Origin: Strigamia acuminata
Taxonomy: Eukaryota
Length of the DNA: 64,000 nucleotides
NCBI GenBank assembly: GCA_949358305.1
Contig: OX442314.1
Coordinates: 4,588,001-4,652,000 of the forward strand
Direction: 5' to 3'
The position numbers and the translations under genes were made by a program. This document shows, in pieces, positions 22,210 to 34,795 of this stretch. Each line of letters starts with the position of its first letter. The first letter of the stretch is position 1. The notes below the pieces were generated by a model that worked only from the letters and a program-made list of their open reading frames with translations, ran no database searches and was not told where the DNA came from.

Positions 22210-25200
22210 TTAACCACCCAGTTTGAGGCGAAACCAATTGTAAATTTTTAAAATATAAATGTGCAAAGAAAGTATTGACATTCCCAATGCTAATCCGACA
22301 ATGCTGCCGACATCACTTAACAAGCGAGATATTGGATAATTTAGTTCGTCTATTGTAGTCTTGTCGAAACTATCAGCTGACTTAAGTATTATAAATGTGT
22401 TTTTATTGAATTTAGTTTCATGCTCGATAATTCGGTTATAATTCTTTTTGCAGGGTTGTTTACATTTGCAAGTTTTTTTATTGGAGTTGTAATTGTGAAA
22501 ATACTTGGAACGGGCACTAGTAACGTCTTCCATCGTGTTGCAAGATGGCAAACTTGGTGTAGACATGTAGGGCAATCTGAAACAAGCATAGTTTAATTAA
22601 ACTGAACTCACAAATACAACTACGTTTCAAAAGTTTAGAAAGTAAATAACACCAAATAATTGACTTAAAAGCTAAGCAAAATAAATTTATACCATCAGAT
22701 TTGAATAAAAGAATTATTTTGCATTTAAAATAACCCAAAATTACATACATTTAGTTATCTAGTACAGTTACAAATTCAGATTTTCAAACATCACCTGTGC
22801 CAAAAGTTTAAAAACTTGAAAAAATCATTTATAAGTTTAGAAAGTGCAACATAATTTGCATATTGTGATGTATTTCAAACACTCATGCGCAAACTGGGTA
22901 TGTTATTGTCATTTACTAGTTATTTGTGCCCGATATTTGCCAATAATGGGCAAAGCTCTACTCTAGTTGCAGTCAAAAAGGCACTATACAATTTGTAGTC
23001 CCATTTATCGAGACAGTTTACTGGTGTAGTGATCCGGAAAAGTAGACCCAAACACCAGAATTGCATTACAATGTACAGACATTGTAATCGATTGCCTAGG
23101 CAACTACCAAAAATTCAAAATTGTTTACTTGTGACGATTCTACTTTTAACTATTTAGTGAGATAGATCGGTTTAGACAAGACGTTGCTAGGCTTAGCAAC
23201 AACCTAACCGAGATAAGCTACGGAATTCTGTGTGCTGCAAATAACTAATCAAGATAGAAATAACTTACGATTTTCTGAGTGTGACACAAAAACATATATA
23301 TTTATTAAGCATAATAAATGTGATGGGGTTCTGAGCGCGTGTAAACGGGCGGCATCAACTGGTTGGAGATCCGGGCGAAGTCAGAGGAGTACGGCTGACT
23401 TTACGGCATCGTCACAAACGCTACGGAGACGTATTTGGCTCAGCGGCACGAATATCTAAATAATGTGAAGAGTCCTTTGCATTCGTAGGAATATTCTTTA
23501 GAATATTCCAATATCAAATAATTATAGATCGATTAGTGGAATATAACAATTTATTGTTATATGTTTATTATTTGGGCGGGGACAGTCACGACAGTCGACA
23601 GGACCGTCGCGAGAGTTGTTGAGACTCCATCCGCCAGCATGCCTTACGACGACAAGATCTCGTGATCAGGCGCCGAGTATTTGTTTGTAAACGACAAGTC
23701 ACTATCGGTGGTACCAACCACCGGGTAAACATTTCTATGGACTTGCCAATACAGGATTACCAACACCCGAGTAGTTTGTTTAACACGGTATTTTATATAC
23801 CGTTCACGGGCTACCAACCCGGAGTGTACGATGGGGGGGGGGGGGGGACCGTCACGACGGTCGAGAGAACCATCGTGGGAGGATTTGACTCCTCCATCCG
23901 CCAGCATGCCTTACGATGACGGGATCCTTTTGATCAAGCACCGGGTAAATATTAATCAGCAGTCGCTGTTGGATTACCATGATCCAGGTAATTATTTAAT
24001 GCAATATCTTGTAGATATTACTCACGGGCTACCAACCCGGCGAGTCGCCTGTGCATTGGCCCTTTACCGACCTTTAACGTACGGAAGGACCAGCCACGGA
24101 ACATTGGGGACCTGAGAGGACAATTACAACAACCATCCTACAGCAGACTGAGGCCAGTTAGCTGAGGGACCCACTTCCATTTAGCAAGGTCTTACTGTAT
24201 AAGACCGTTATATTAAGCCACCGTACGGACTCTAACTGCTCCTTAGAGCAGCAAGCTAACGTTACGGGGCCATTTCATGTTATTAACATGTCTATTACCG
24301 GAGTTAGCCTTCCCGAAATAGCCCTACAACAACAATAACAATATAGTAATAAATACTAATTGTGGAGAGCTGAGGAGGCCTGATGTGTCGATAGAGAAAG
24401 TGAGATCAAACGATAACAACAATTCAACTACAGACAATATAGACATATTCAGTTATCAAGCCAAGGGGGTACTGGTTGGAAAAACAGTGCTTATACAGGG
24501 TGTATCAGAATTCATGTTACACAGAAATAAGGGGTATAGAGGGGGACCAGGAGATCACATTTCCACTAATCAAAAATTCCAAAAAAAAATTCCCACATGG
24601 TTACAACCCCAAAAACAATGGATGATTTCAAATATCACGTCACGCATATCGCCCACATTTTCCAAGTTAAAGCGCAATTATCAAATAAAAAGATACAAAC
24701 CTATCATTTTAATGTTAAAGAATCATAAAAAAAAAACCAAAAATCTGGAAAAACTAAAATAAATCATTTATGTAAAAGATTAATTTCCTTAGATTATTTA
24801 CCAAGTTATGCATTTGAACATGTAGAGCATTTCTTGTAATAAACTTCTGCTGTTGGCTACCGATTGTGTCTTTTTATTTGAGAATTACGCTTTAACCTGG
24901 CAAATGTGGGCGATACGCGTGACGCGCGATATTTGAAATCTTCCATTGTTTTTGGGTTGTAACAAAAGGGGAAATTTTTTTTGGAATTTTTGATTAGTGG
25001 AAACGTGATCTCCTGGTCCCTCTCTATACCCCCTATTTCTGTGTAACATGAATTCTGATACACCCTGTATAGTTCTGGAGAACTACTAGATTGGCGACAG
25101 CCAATCAGTGCACGAATCGACGGATTCGTAGGTCATTAGTCCGGACCTAAAAGAAGACTGGGTCAAGGAGAGTCCGTGTGACTCCTCCCCTTAAGGTAAG

Positions 25201-28200
25201 TAATGGTTATTGATTCGGTAGAATCAATATTTCAAGTAATAATACTTAATAGTGTTAAATAAAATAATGTATATTTTATTCGGCCTTCTAAATAATGTCT
25301 TTTTATTTAAACTCTGAATTTATCAAAGTTTGAACTGCACGCGTTTAATTAAACAGCGCCACCTAGTGTGAACATTGAATAATACGAGTTTACAATCGTC
25401 ACATACTCTACAGACATAGTAACCAATAAACATAACAAACATGAGTTTGACATTTTTATATGCGTAAAACTTCATTTCAATGATGGAAATAACATTTTTC
25501 AATAAGAAAAATCAAAATAACATTTTTCAATAAGAAAAATCAAAATAACATTTTTCAATAAGAAAAATCAAAATAACATTTTTCAATAAGAAAAATCAAA
25601 ATAACATTTTTCAATAAGAAAAATCAAAATAACATTTTTCAATAAGAAAAATCAAAATAACATTTTTCAATAAGAAAAATCAAAATAACATTTTTCAATA
25701 AGAAAAATCAAAATAACATTTTTCAATAAGAAAAATCAAAATAACATTTTTCAATAAGAAAAATCAAAATAACATTTTTCAATAAGAAAAATCAAAATAA
25801 CATTTTTCAATAAGAAAAATCAAAATAACATTAACTAAACTAGTTATAAACAAGCACAACAATAAATAAAAATTAAAACTAATTCTCCTAGTAGTAGTAT
25901 ACAGTCTGGAGTTAGTAGTAAACTGGCTCGACCAATGGAACTACAGATTGTAAAGTGCTTTTTTGACTGCAACTAGAGTATAAATAATTATTTCATGATG
26001 AGAAGGTGAGAGTTCTGGAGTTTCAACGTGTCTAACAAGAATTAAAGATGACAACGCCATCTTAAGACCAAGAAAACGCTCGGGAAAACCAAACATAACG
26101 ACAAAGCGAGATGTGACTGCCCCGAAAAAAACAATTCATGCCAATCGTTTTTCATCTCATAACTACTCTGGCTCGAAAATGGTCTACTTCTATTAAAAGA
26201 AAGGTTTTCAGAACCACAGTTTGGCAACGGATTGTGCAGCTAGGCTACAGGCCAAGGGGACCCAAAACAAAACCTGTCCTCAACAAGAGGCAGCGAAAAT
26301 GCTGAGTTGATTGGGCTAAAAAACATCGTCAATGGGGCCCAGAAGATTGAGAAAAGATTGTATGGAGCAATAAATCCATGTACTTAATTTGGGGACAATG
26401 TTTACCGCAGAAAAGGTGAAGAATTTCGCCCAGACTGCATTTAAACGGGTGTTAAATTCCCAACCAAAGTTACGGTCTGGGGATGCATGTCTACACATGT
26501 AGTTGTACAGATGTGCATCATCAACAGTCGCGTAGATCCAGAGGTGTACATGGTTGTGATGGAGACCTTTTGGAGTCAGATCATTGAGGGATTGTAAGAA
26601 GACAACAATTTTCTGTTCCAGCAGGATAATTGATTGACTGATTGATGAAATCAAGACTGTTTGGTCTCGCATCTCACAGAATGACAGTGCAGAACTAGGC
26701 ATTGCGAGGCATTGCAATTGCAATGCCTCGCAGATTGAAGGCAGTCATACTATCCAGAGGCCATCCAACAAAATACTAAACAATATTATACTGTATGTAA
26801 TGTTTTATTTTCAAGTCGAAATAACTTAAAAGAATTATGTTGCACTTTCTAAACTTATGAAATGAATTTTTAAAGTTTCCAAACTTTTAGCACAACTGAT
26901 ATTTTGAAAATCTGGATTTGTAACTACCATACTACCTTGAATAAACGCCAGGTTTAAATAGATGCCAAGACTCGTTTAAATGCCGGGGGTTGGCTGCATT
27001 TATTGCACAGCACGCTGCCCCAAATCAAACTGACTGGGGGGGGGTGTCGGGTGGGAAAAATTAAACGAGTCTTGGTTCTCAAAACTACATAACTAAATAC
27101 TAGTATATGTAATTTAAGGTTATTTTAAATACAAGATAATTGTTTTATTCAAATGTGATGGTATAATTTGCAGAAAAACTGCATCTTTAGAGGATGTGAC
27201 GCCATTTTGAGTTGCAGATCTGCAGTGTACATGCAAGTCTGAACCAGGCTTTAGAGGTGGTATTTTATAATAACAGTATTGATGGAAATAAGGAATTACT
27301 ACTAGATTACACTCAAATATTATCAGCATTTGCTTGAAAAACTACAACAATACCTGCAATTGATCTTGTGAAATAAATTGCTTTGCATGCAAGCAGTTTG
27401 ACACATGAAATAAGCAGTTTTATTTTGCTCACATGGGTTGAGTTTTGTATTTCTTCGAATGGTCTATTTGATAACATAATCATGGATTAATTTTTTTATT
27501 TTGTAGGTTTAATACGCAATGCATCCTGAGTGGTCAGTACACAGCACCGTCCGGACAAGCTTGGTGGGCACAACTAGACAAATGTTTTATGATTCTGAAG
27601 ATAAACCCGCAATTGACCAGAAAAATGTGGAAACTTTTTCTACTGCTCAATCTAATCCAGACATGTGACATTTGTCAAGACTAAAAATTTATATATGCTG
27701 GCCTAACTTTTCATTCTCAGACTCGGACAACTGTCTAGGGGCCGTCCCGTGACCACAGAGTACGCTGTACAGTCGTGGACAAAAAAAAACTTTCCTTCAG
27801 TTTATCTATCATTATTTGCCCAGTTTTTCTTTTAATACTAATGTTAGGGCAAGACGTGAGACCGCGCGTTAAGATTGATGTCATTGAATCTCAATGTATT
27901 TTTAAGCCACCTGGTAGATAAACTGAAGGGAAGTTTTATTGTCCACGACTGTACATAGACGGTGCAATTAAATTTTAAATCATATTTTTCATTTTAAGTA
28001 GGATTGAGCCATTAAATTTGTTTGTTTTGACAAATAGCAAAAATTTTGAATACATCTGAATGTTACCTTAGATACACGAAGAGAAAATACAGTCATAGAG
28101 CGATAGGAAATAAACATGGGTGCTAAAATATTGACTTCATCTTCTGAGTTATTTAGAAAAAACTGAAAATTTTTGTAATTGGATTTAGAAAGAATTTGGT

Positions 28201-31200
28201 TAAATTATTATACAATCAGAGTTTGAAAGCATACGCTAGATGTATGTAATAACTTCACTCATCGTTTCTTGACCAATGGAAAGTGCCGAAGCAGACGACT
28301 CGTGATATTATCTTACCTACTTGTAATACCGATTTCGCATCAGAAAATTTGGGCTAGTTTAACATTTAGATTTACCATCATACACATGGCGTGAGCCCAA
28401 TGGGTGATGTGGTTGGTCACATCGGACAACCACTCTGCTGTACTTACCCATACGACCCATGTAGCCACTCATGGTTCTGCAGCAATCATCTCGATCTGTC
28501 ACTGAGCGTCACAGTGGTGAGTGGTGAAAGGAGCAGAGTCGGCAGTTGTCTCTGCCATCGTTTGGACCGTGGCAGCTCACCCTGGCACGTCTTCACTCTC
28601 GGCTACCTCAGCAACTTCTCTCTCTCACCACACCACTCTGCTCTTACCTCCACTGCTAGGTCGGTCCAATCCTCCAAGAGGGGGACGGCTTGGGGCCACC
28701 AGGAGGTGTGTGGAATGACGTAGGCCACTAGGGTGACCAAACGGTCACATCTTTTTCTAAAATAAGTGTATTTTGCTATTACCCATAAATGTTGTTCACA
28801 AACTTCTGGAGGAACAAGGTTTATAAGAGCAATTATAACATCTGCTGTAACATGGTTTGTTTTTTCTAAAAATAAAAATAATTATATGCATGGAATTCCA
28901 TTAGTAATCTGGGCTCCAATACGGAACAATTGAAACTCTTTATAACAAATCGCAAAAGTTCCGAGAATTCGATTTGTTTTAACGAGAGTTCATTAAAACG
29001 AATTAGCTAAAAAAAAAATTAATTTCATCATAAATGACATTATTAATTCAGAAATTCATGTTTATGTTATCCCAATTCTTAAAAATTGTTGAAATTGTAA
29101 AACAGGACAAATTAAATTCAACTGCTACAATTGATGGCTTCCTGTGTTAAAACTAGTGAGTTGTTAGGAAGAAAATTGTGTCGTTGTGAAGCAAACCCCC
29201 AAAGGGGTATCTTATCAAATTGAAGTGTTATTCATTTATTTCATTTTAATCCTATTTTATAATTAATATTTGTGTATTTCACTAGATTTATCTTCAGTTT
29301 GAGTTATTTGCTAAAGATATTGTGTTTGTGGGTGATTTTGGATTTAGTATATTTTAATGATATAATTCATTTATTGGTCGATTTGGTGATTTTGGGTTGG
29401 GTTTGATTTGATTGTGTGTTTAGTAAAAGTTTGAATTTCTTTGTGATCGCCTTAGGACTAGTTTGTTAATGGGAAGTTCTGCTCCCTCAGACCTTGAACT
29501 GGTTTTTTTGTTATCTGTGATGTCACCCATGTAAGGTGTCACTCCCTGTAGAAACTAGGTAATAACAGTTGGTAGTCTTCACTCTGTCAGCCTGTGTGCA
29601 TCGTGTCCGTTCTCCTACAACAAGTACAACACGCAGTTTAAAACCATCATTGCAAGAACTTTGGAAAGTACACTTGATCCTCGTTATATTAAGACGAGAA
29701 TTTAATATCTTGCCATTGTCAATGACAAAAAAAATATTTAACTTGTCCTGCCCCAAAATTTTAATTCGTTTGCAAGCCATTTTAAACCCAAAAAAAATTA
29801 ATTTTTTCTAAATGTTATAAATGTGAGCATGGATGTTGCGCGTTATGTCATCAGTTGTGAAAATTCATTATAACAAGGGCTTGTGGGTATGATAGTGTAC
29901 ATAAAAACTTGTTTGTTTTAACGAATAATTCGTTATGTTGAAATTCGTTATATCGAAAATATTAAACATGGTGTTCTATGGATGGCAAACCAAATCATTT
30001 TTAACAATTTGTTATATCGCGATTCGTTATAAAGTGGTTCGACTGTACTTGCAAGACCAATCAGGTAAGAAGGAGATGATTAATTAGTAAGATCATTAAT
30101 AAACAAAACTAAAATGAGATTAGTTCAATGCCTCTAATGATATTTCTGGCGGCAATTCTCAGCCCAAGTAGCAGGGAAGTCAATAAATTTGTCTGGGTTG
30201 CATATCTGTTTGTAACAAGCACTCCCGTCATTTTTCAATTTACACAATAAATATGCCAACCAATAGGAGTTTGTTATAAGTTTTTGTAAACAAAGTATAG
30301 TCATATTCTGTTGAACTGATAGCGTTTCCGTGTGAATTACCTGTGTTAACTTGTGAACAATAACCAAATGGAAGTGGGACGAGGCACGTTGCTATGTTTA
30401 AAAATGTTGCGTATCCAAAATAATGCTGTAAATAATAAATATATATTTTATACACTTTGTAAGTTATTTAAATCTGTATACCTTGCTGAACCAGTCCTTA
30501 ACACTCATTGTTCGATGGATATTTAGGGTCTTCCAAATATCTTCTAATGACAATTCATTGTTGACCAATTCCCACGATGATATGTTATTGCAAGTTTTGT
30601 TTTTCTGTTGGAGTAACTGCATTCTGGCTTGTTCCATCTCATCACTGCGATTTTCACCACAGAGTGTGACGGATGGGAACTCCATATAGCGCCGTTGATC
30701 TATGGTAATGATTTTTGATATAGGTTCTTTCAGATAGTAGTTTAAACGACTTTGCAACAAGTATAGAGTGAATCCTGCACTAATTACAACCAGCAGCAAC
30801 TTAAACTTTCTGAAAACTCCGTTTGTTTTGATCTTCTCTTCACTCTCTGTGACTTCTTTCTTGGATTTCTCATAGAGTCGTTGAATCTTATCAAGGTTGG
30901 TAGTTTTGCGCATAGTTGTCACAACAAAATATAAATACCATGTGATTTCAGGTAGTGAGAGTAACGATAGACCGAGAAATAGTCCCAAATTGCCGCCTAA
31001 ATCAGATAGTAAAGCAATAACGTCATAAGTGAACCGCTCTTGATAAATGGTGATTTTATCATTGGTTAGTGCTAAAGTAAAAGACATTATTTTTTCATCG
31101 TCTGCTTGGCCGGAGTCTGTGTAGGGTGTAACAGACAGATGCTGACATGGAGGTCGACAATCACAAGTAGTAATTGGGTCTGTGGTGTCAATTAATTTAT

Positions 31201-32681
31201 TGACTATGCCGTATTGATCGTGTATAGCATCTGAACATTTACAAAGTGGTAAGTTCATCTTCAGAAAAGGAAATCTTAAGAAAAAAAAACAATTTAATGA
31301 AATTAGGATGGTTTTGTTCAGTGGCTTCGATTTAGAGCAAAAATGCAGTACTTATAAGTTGTTTGATTTAACAAAAAAATTTAGCATTATTTGTAAGTAA
31401 ATTAAACATATTTGTCATAAAATGTCATATCTTGGGTCAGTTAGGAAGAAATTGCTTTTACCTGCATGTTAGATTGTTTTCTAATCTTTTGAACAAGCAC
31501 TTTTGATAGCAATCTCTGTATTCATTTTCACTGGAGCACGGGCGTTTTGATGAATTGAGAAACATGTACTGAAATATAAATGAGACTTAGAATAATTGTT
31601 TCATTTTAATCGAGTTTAATGTTACTTTGTCATAACTCAAATTTATTTTCACTGTTGTACCACTAGCTCTACTTATATGGAAGTAAATTTTTCCAAAATT
31701 ATATACTGATAGCCTAATCTATAAGTGAAAAAAAGAAAAGAAATTTTGTTTCTCTTGTTGCTATGGGATTGTAATTGTTTTTATATTACCACGAACGTAT
31801 TTCCTGGGCAGATGTCTTGATAAAACTTTTCAAAATTCACTGTTAGTAGTTTTCCAACAAACGATTTACTAGAATTCTTATCTAAACAGAGTGGAAAGAA
31901 GATTATTTTACTTTTAGGCATAGTACGTTTCGTACTCAATGCAATTCCACGATAGCGTATAACGAATGTTACAGTAAAATTAACAGTGATTTTATTTGCA
32001 TATTAAGTAAATTGAGTCATGTAGTGAAGCGAACACAGCAAGGCAGATAATTAATCACTTACCAAATCGAAATGCTGAGCACATTCCAAATGGGCTGTCC
32101 ATTTCCTTCTGGACAAAGCTTTGGTTTGAATATCCCTGCAGAGGTGTAAACGATTAGATTTTAATCTTTATGATAATTTTTTATTTTTGCTTTTCTTTTA
32201 CTTTCATTTTGATGCTGACTATTTCTGGTGTCAAATTAGTTGCTTTCCAAACTTCGTCCATTTTGTTGGTTGGGTTTGCCATGAGAGTTTTCATCATGTT
32301 TGTGCAATGAAATGGATTAGTCCGAGTTGATTTATCTAAGTCACTACTCTTATTCCAAAGCCTGGCCACTTCTTTTGTATTCGTACTGCAGATCGCGATG
32401 TATGGTAAAACGATGTCATCCGATCTACTCGATACATCAACAGCCGTAGGATAACTCAAGTAATCCATTACTCTCTCGTATGTCTGATAAGTGAGCATGC
32501 ATGTGCAAAATAATAACAAAAGAAGCCATAAAACGTGAATCGTGCTCCAACGTCGTTTTCTGTTAATGAAGTCATTTAAACCAGTTAAACCGCAGCTCGG
32601 TTTGTTCTCATCTTCTCTCATTAATTGATGAATTGTCACACGTAATTTCCTCATTCTTCTTGAAATATAGTTATTTTGCAT
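22210..32681 (-). CDS. DEG/ENaC (pickpocket/ASIC-like) channel gene, copy 1, two subunits in tandem; 11 exons, about 792 aa
   Basis: Hand-spliced GT-AG exons: 32681-32202, 32135-32063, 31881-31790, 31718-31626, 31568-31462, 31274-30482, 30425-30341, 28865-28783, 28162-28067, 27463-27354, 22576-22210. Total 2379 nt, phases compatible, no internal stop. Each family motif occurs twice: TM1 + 'YLSYPT..LPYIAIC' / 'YLKEPI..FPSVTLC'; 'PFGMCSAF' / 'PFGYCSQV'; 'CDCRPPC' / 'CKCKQPC'; TM2 'LLSDLGGNLGLFLGLSLLS' / 'LLSDVGSIVGLALGMSILS'. Confidence 0.9.
23130..25403. mobile_element. Solo LTR (about 1.7 kb plus an internal MITE)
   Basis: Termini TGTGACGATT...AATCGTCACA with 4-bp TSD TACT (23126-23129, 25404-25407). 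Ends resemble the element C LTR. Confidence 0.8.
24496..25067. mobile_element. Tc1/mariner-type MITE
   Basis: Long TIR CAGGGTGTATCAGAATTCATGTTACACAG..., flanked by TA on both sides. Confidence 0.9.
25488..25832. repeat. 28-bp minisatellite, about 12 copies
   Basis: Unit AACATTTTTCAATAAGAAAAATCAAAAT, no spacers. Confidence 0.97.
27769..27952. mobile_element. Small TA-flanked MITE (paralogous copy at about 55673-55860)
   Basis: TIR CAGTCGTGGACAA / TTGTCCACGACTG. Confidence 0.8.
28922..30045. mobile_element. Old pogo/Tigger-like MITE in intron 7 (paralogous copy at about 56524-57043)
   Basis: Degenerate TIR ..GAAACTCTTTATAACAAATCGC / GATTCGTTATAAAGTGGTTCGACTG-TA, with repeated TTCGTTAT subterminal motifs. 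Confidence 0.55.
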
Positions 32682-32987
32682 TGTAAATTATAAATTCATT
32701 ACGCAGAAAAAATATTGTGTGGTGTTGGGCTGAGTTGCTAGCTGTAATTTCTGCTCTTAGACACTTGCTGAGTTCAAGGTGAACTGACAACTCGTGTGTA
32801 TACACACATAGTTTCCTGGCAACATGTTGGTTGGGTGTAGATCATTAAAGTTTCAGATATAAAAGCTGCAATAAATAATTAATGTTTAGTTTATTGCAGT
32901 TTCAAACCCATAAAACCTTGTATTTGGGCGGGCTTTCTTACCAAGGAAGGAACTCATAAAATTTGTGTTTTATGTTGTTCTTATAGC

Positions 32988-33597
32988 GATGGACTAAACG
33001 TCTGGTGTCAGGTGTCAGGCGTCTGATTCTCTTTTTTTACTAAAACTAAATGTCAGGTGTCAGGCCCCTGACTATCCTGGACTGTCAGGCGTCAGGCTTC
33101 AGGTGTCAGGTCCCTGACTATTCCGTACTGTCAGGTGTCGAGTGCTAACGCCTGACGCTGACGCCTGACAATCCAGGATAGTCAGGGACCTGACACCTGA
33201 CACCCGACGTTTAGTCCCAGGTCGGATCACTTCATCGAATCCTGTTTCATCAAATTCTCATTTTTTCTCATTTTTTGAAATGTGGGAAAACAGGGGTCGT
33301 TTCATCGAATTTTAAATTACGCTCGGTATGTTTCAACAAATTTTCGGCCATCATCGGGGATATTATTCACGTGGCTACGTGGTTAAGTTAGGTTGTGTTA
33401 GGTTGTGCTATGTTGTGTTAGGTTAGGTTAGGTTAGGTTAGATTAGGTTAGGTTAGGTCAGGTCAGGTCAGGTTTTTGGTTTTTCTGTTTGTGTATTTCG
33501 GTTTTTCTTTAATGTACCGTTTCATCAAATTTTTTGAAATGAATGGTACGTTTCATCGAAAGATTCGATGAAGTGACCCGACTTCGTTTAGTCCATC
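32988..33597. mobile_element. Composite of two MITEs; the inner one (about 33220-33583) holds a (TTAGG)n-like tract
   Basis: Outer inverted ends GATGGACTAAACG / CGTTTAGTCCATC. Inner TIR GTCGGATCACTTCATCGAAT / ATTCGATGAAGTGACCCGAC. GGTTA repeats at 33381-33473. Confidence 0.7.
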
Positions 33598-34371
33598 CCG
33601 TTCTTATAATTTCTTTTCTTTCCATGCATGAAAACTTACTGCTGAGGTATTTGTTGGTAATTCTAGTCGAGAGGACTGCTGTTTCTCAAAAAGTCGACAA
33701 TATTCCTAGTCAAAAATTTTGTTTAGGTTAATCGCACAACAAATGAGTATAGAGGATTGAGTGGTTAATTTATGATGTTGATACATGTGGACATAAACTT
33801 GTGAATTTTGAATCCTGTATGCAAAAGAGATATTTTGTGCTTTAGAATTGAGTTGGTAGCTGTAGTTTCCGCTGTTAGACTCTTGCTAAGTTCAAAGTGA
33901 ACTGACAACACGTGTGTATTCATACATAGTATCCCGGTCTTGTTCTTAACGTGAGAAATGCGTCCCTCCCTTGTAGTAAATCCCCATACTGCTTGGGTAA
34001 GACCATATCCAGTCACAAACATTCCAAATATAATGGGATGGGAAACCTTTATTAAGGGAATAGACATAAGGGGAGAACAACAGTTTTCTTGGGACGGTTT
34101 TTGAGTTGGGGACTAAGTCATTGTTGGGAGTATAATGAGTCAAAGGTGAAGGGTTATTAATTTGTTGCCATTTAAGTTATGGAGTATAAAGTATCTAGAA
34201 GGTTAAGTGAACTCAATCTGCCCAGAAAAACCATTAACTCCAATTGCTCATCTTACCCACCATGCAAATTACAGTACATCTGAAATTGCAACTGACAGTC
34301 CTGATAACTTATTCATATTATAAAAAGAGGGTGCTGATTAGAGCACTTGATAGGTTGATATGGTAACCTGA

Positions 34372-34795
34372 TCAAATTTGACTCAATTTTGCTCAAATTT
34401 GTCTCAATTTTGCTCAAATATGTCTCAATTTTGCTCAAATTTGTCTCAATTTTGCTCAAATTTGTCTCAATTTTGCTCAAATTTTTCAAAATTTCCTCAA
34501 TTTTTTCTAAATTTCCTCAAATTTTTCTAAATTTCCTCAAATTTTTCTAAATTTCCTCAAATTTTTCTAAATTTCCTCAAATTTTTCTAAATTTCCTCAA
34601 ATTTTTCTAAATTTCCTCAAATTTTTCGAAATTTCCTCAAATTTTTCTAAATTTCCTCAAATTTTTCTAAATTTCCTCAAATTTTTCTAAATTTCCTCAA
34701 ATTTTTCTAAATTTCCTCAAATTATTCTAAATTTCCTCAAATTATTCTAAATATTCCTCAAATTATGCTAAATTTTCTTAAGTTTCCTTAAATTT
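34372..34795. repeat. About 20-bp minisatellite with a gradient of unit variants
   Basis: TTTGTCTCAATTTTGCTCAAA units grade into ATTTTTCTAAATTTCCTCAA units. Confidence 0.95.

Larger units (their letters stand above)
22792..26898 (+). mobile_element. Decayed Tc1-like DNA transposon in intron 10
   Basis: Inverted repeats about 22792-22856 / 26833-26898, and a relic transposase at about 26400-26780 ('VWGCMS', 'MPRRLKAVILSRGHPTKY*'). Inverted similarity runs further out (about 22690 / 27170), so the ends are uncertain. Confidence 0.7.

Noticed and set aside
25488..25832. CRISPR-like array
   Set aside because: Identical 28-bp units with no unique spacers, in eukaryotic intron DNA: a minisatellite.
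30134..30340. Extra Cys-containing ENaC exon (ORF 30134-30367 / 57681-57929)
   Set aside because: Lies beyond the CAG|GTAATT donor in another frame; the gene splices in phase without it.
30464..31258. Three-subunit concatemer (complete single-chain trimer)
   Set aside because: Only two TM1/TM2 pairs are found between the ATG and the stop in either paralogue.
33381..33473. Telomere or chromosome fusion scar
   Set aside because: Short degenerate TTAGG tract enclosed by MITE inverted repeats.
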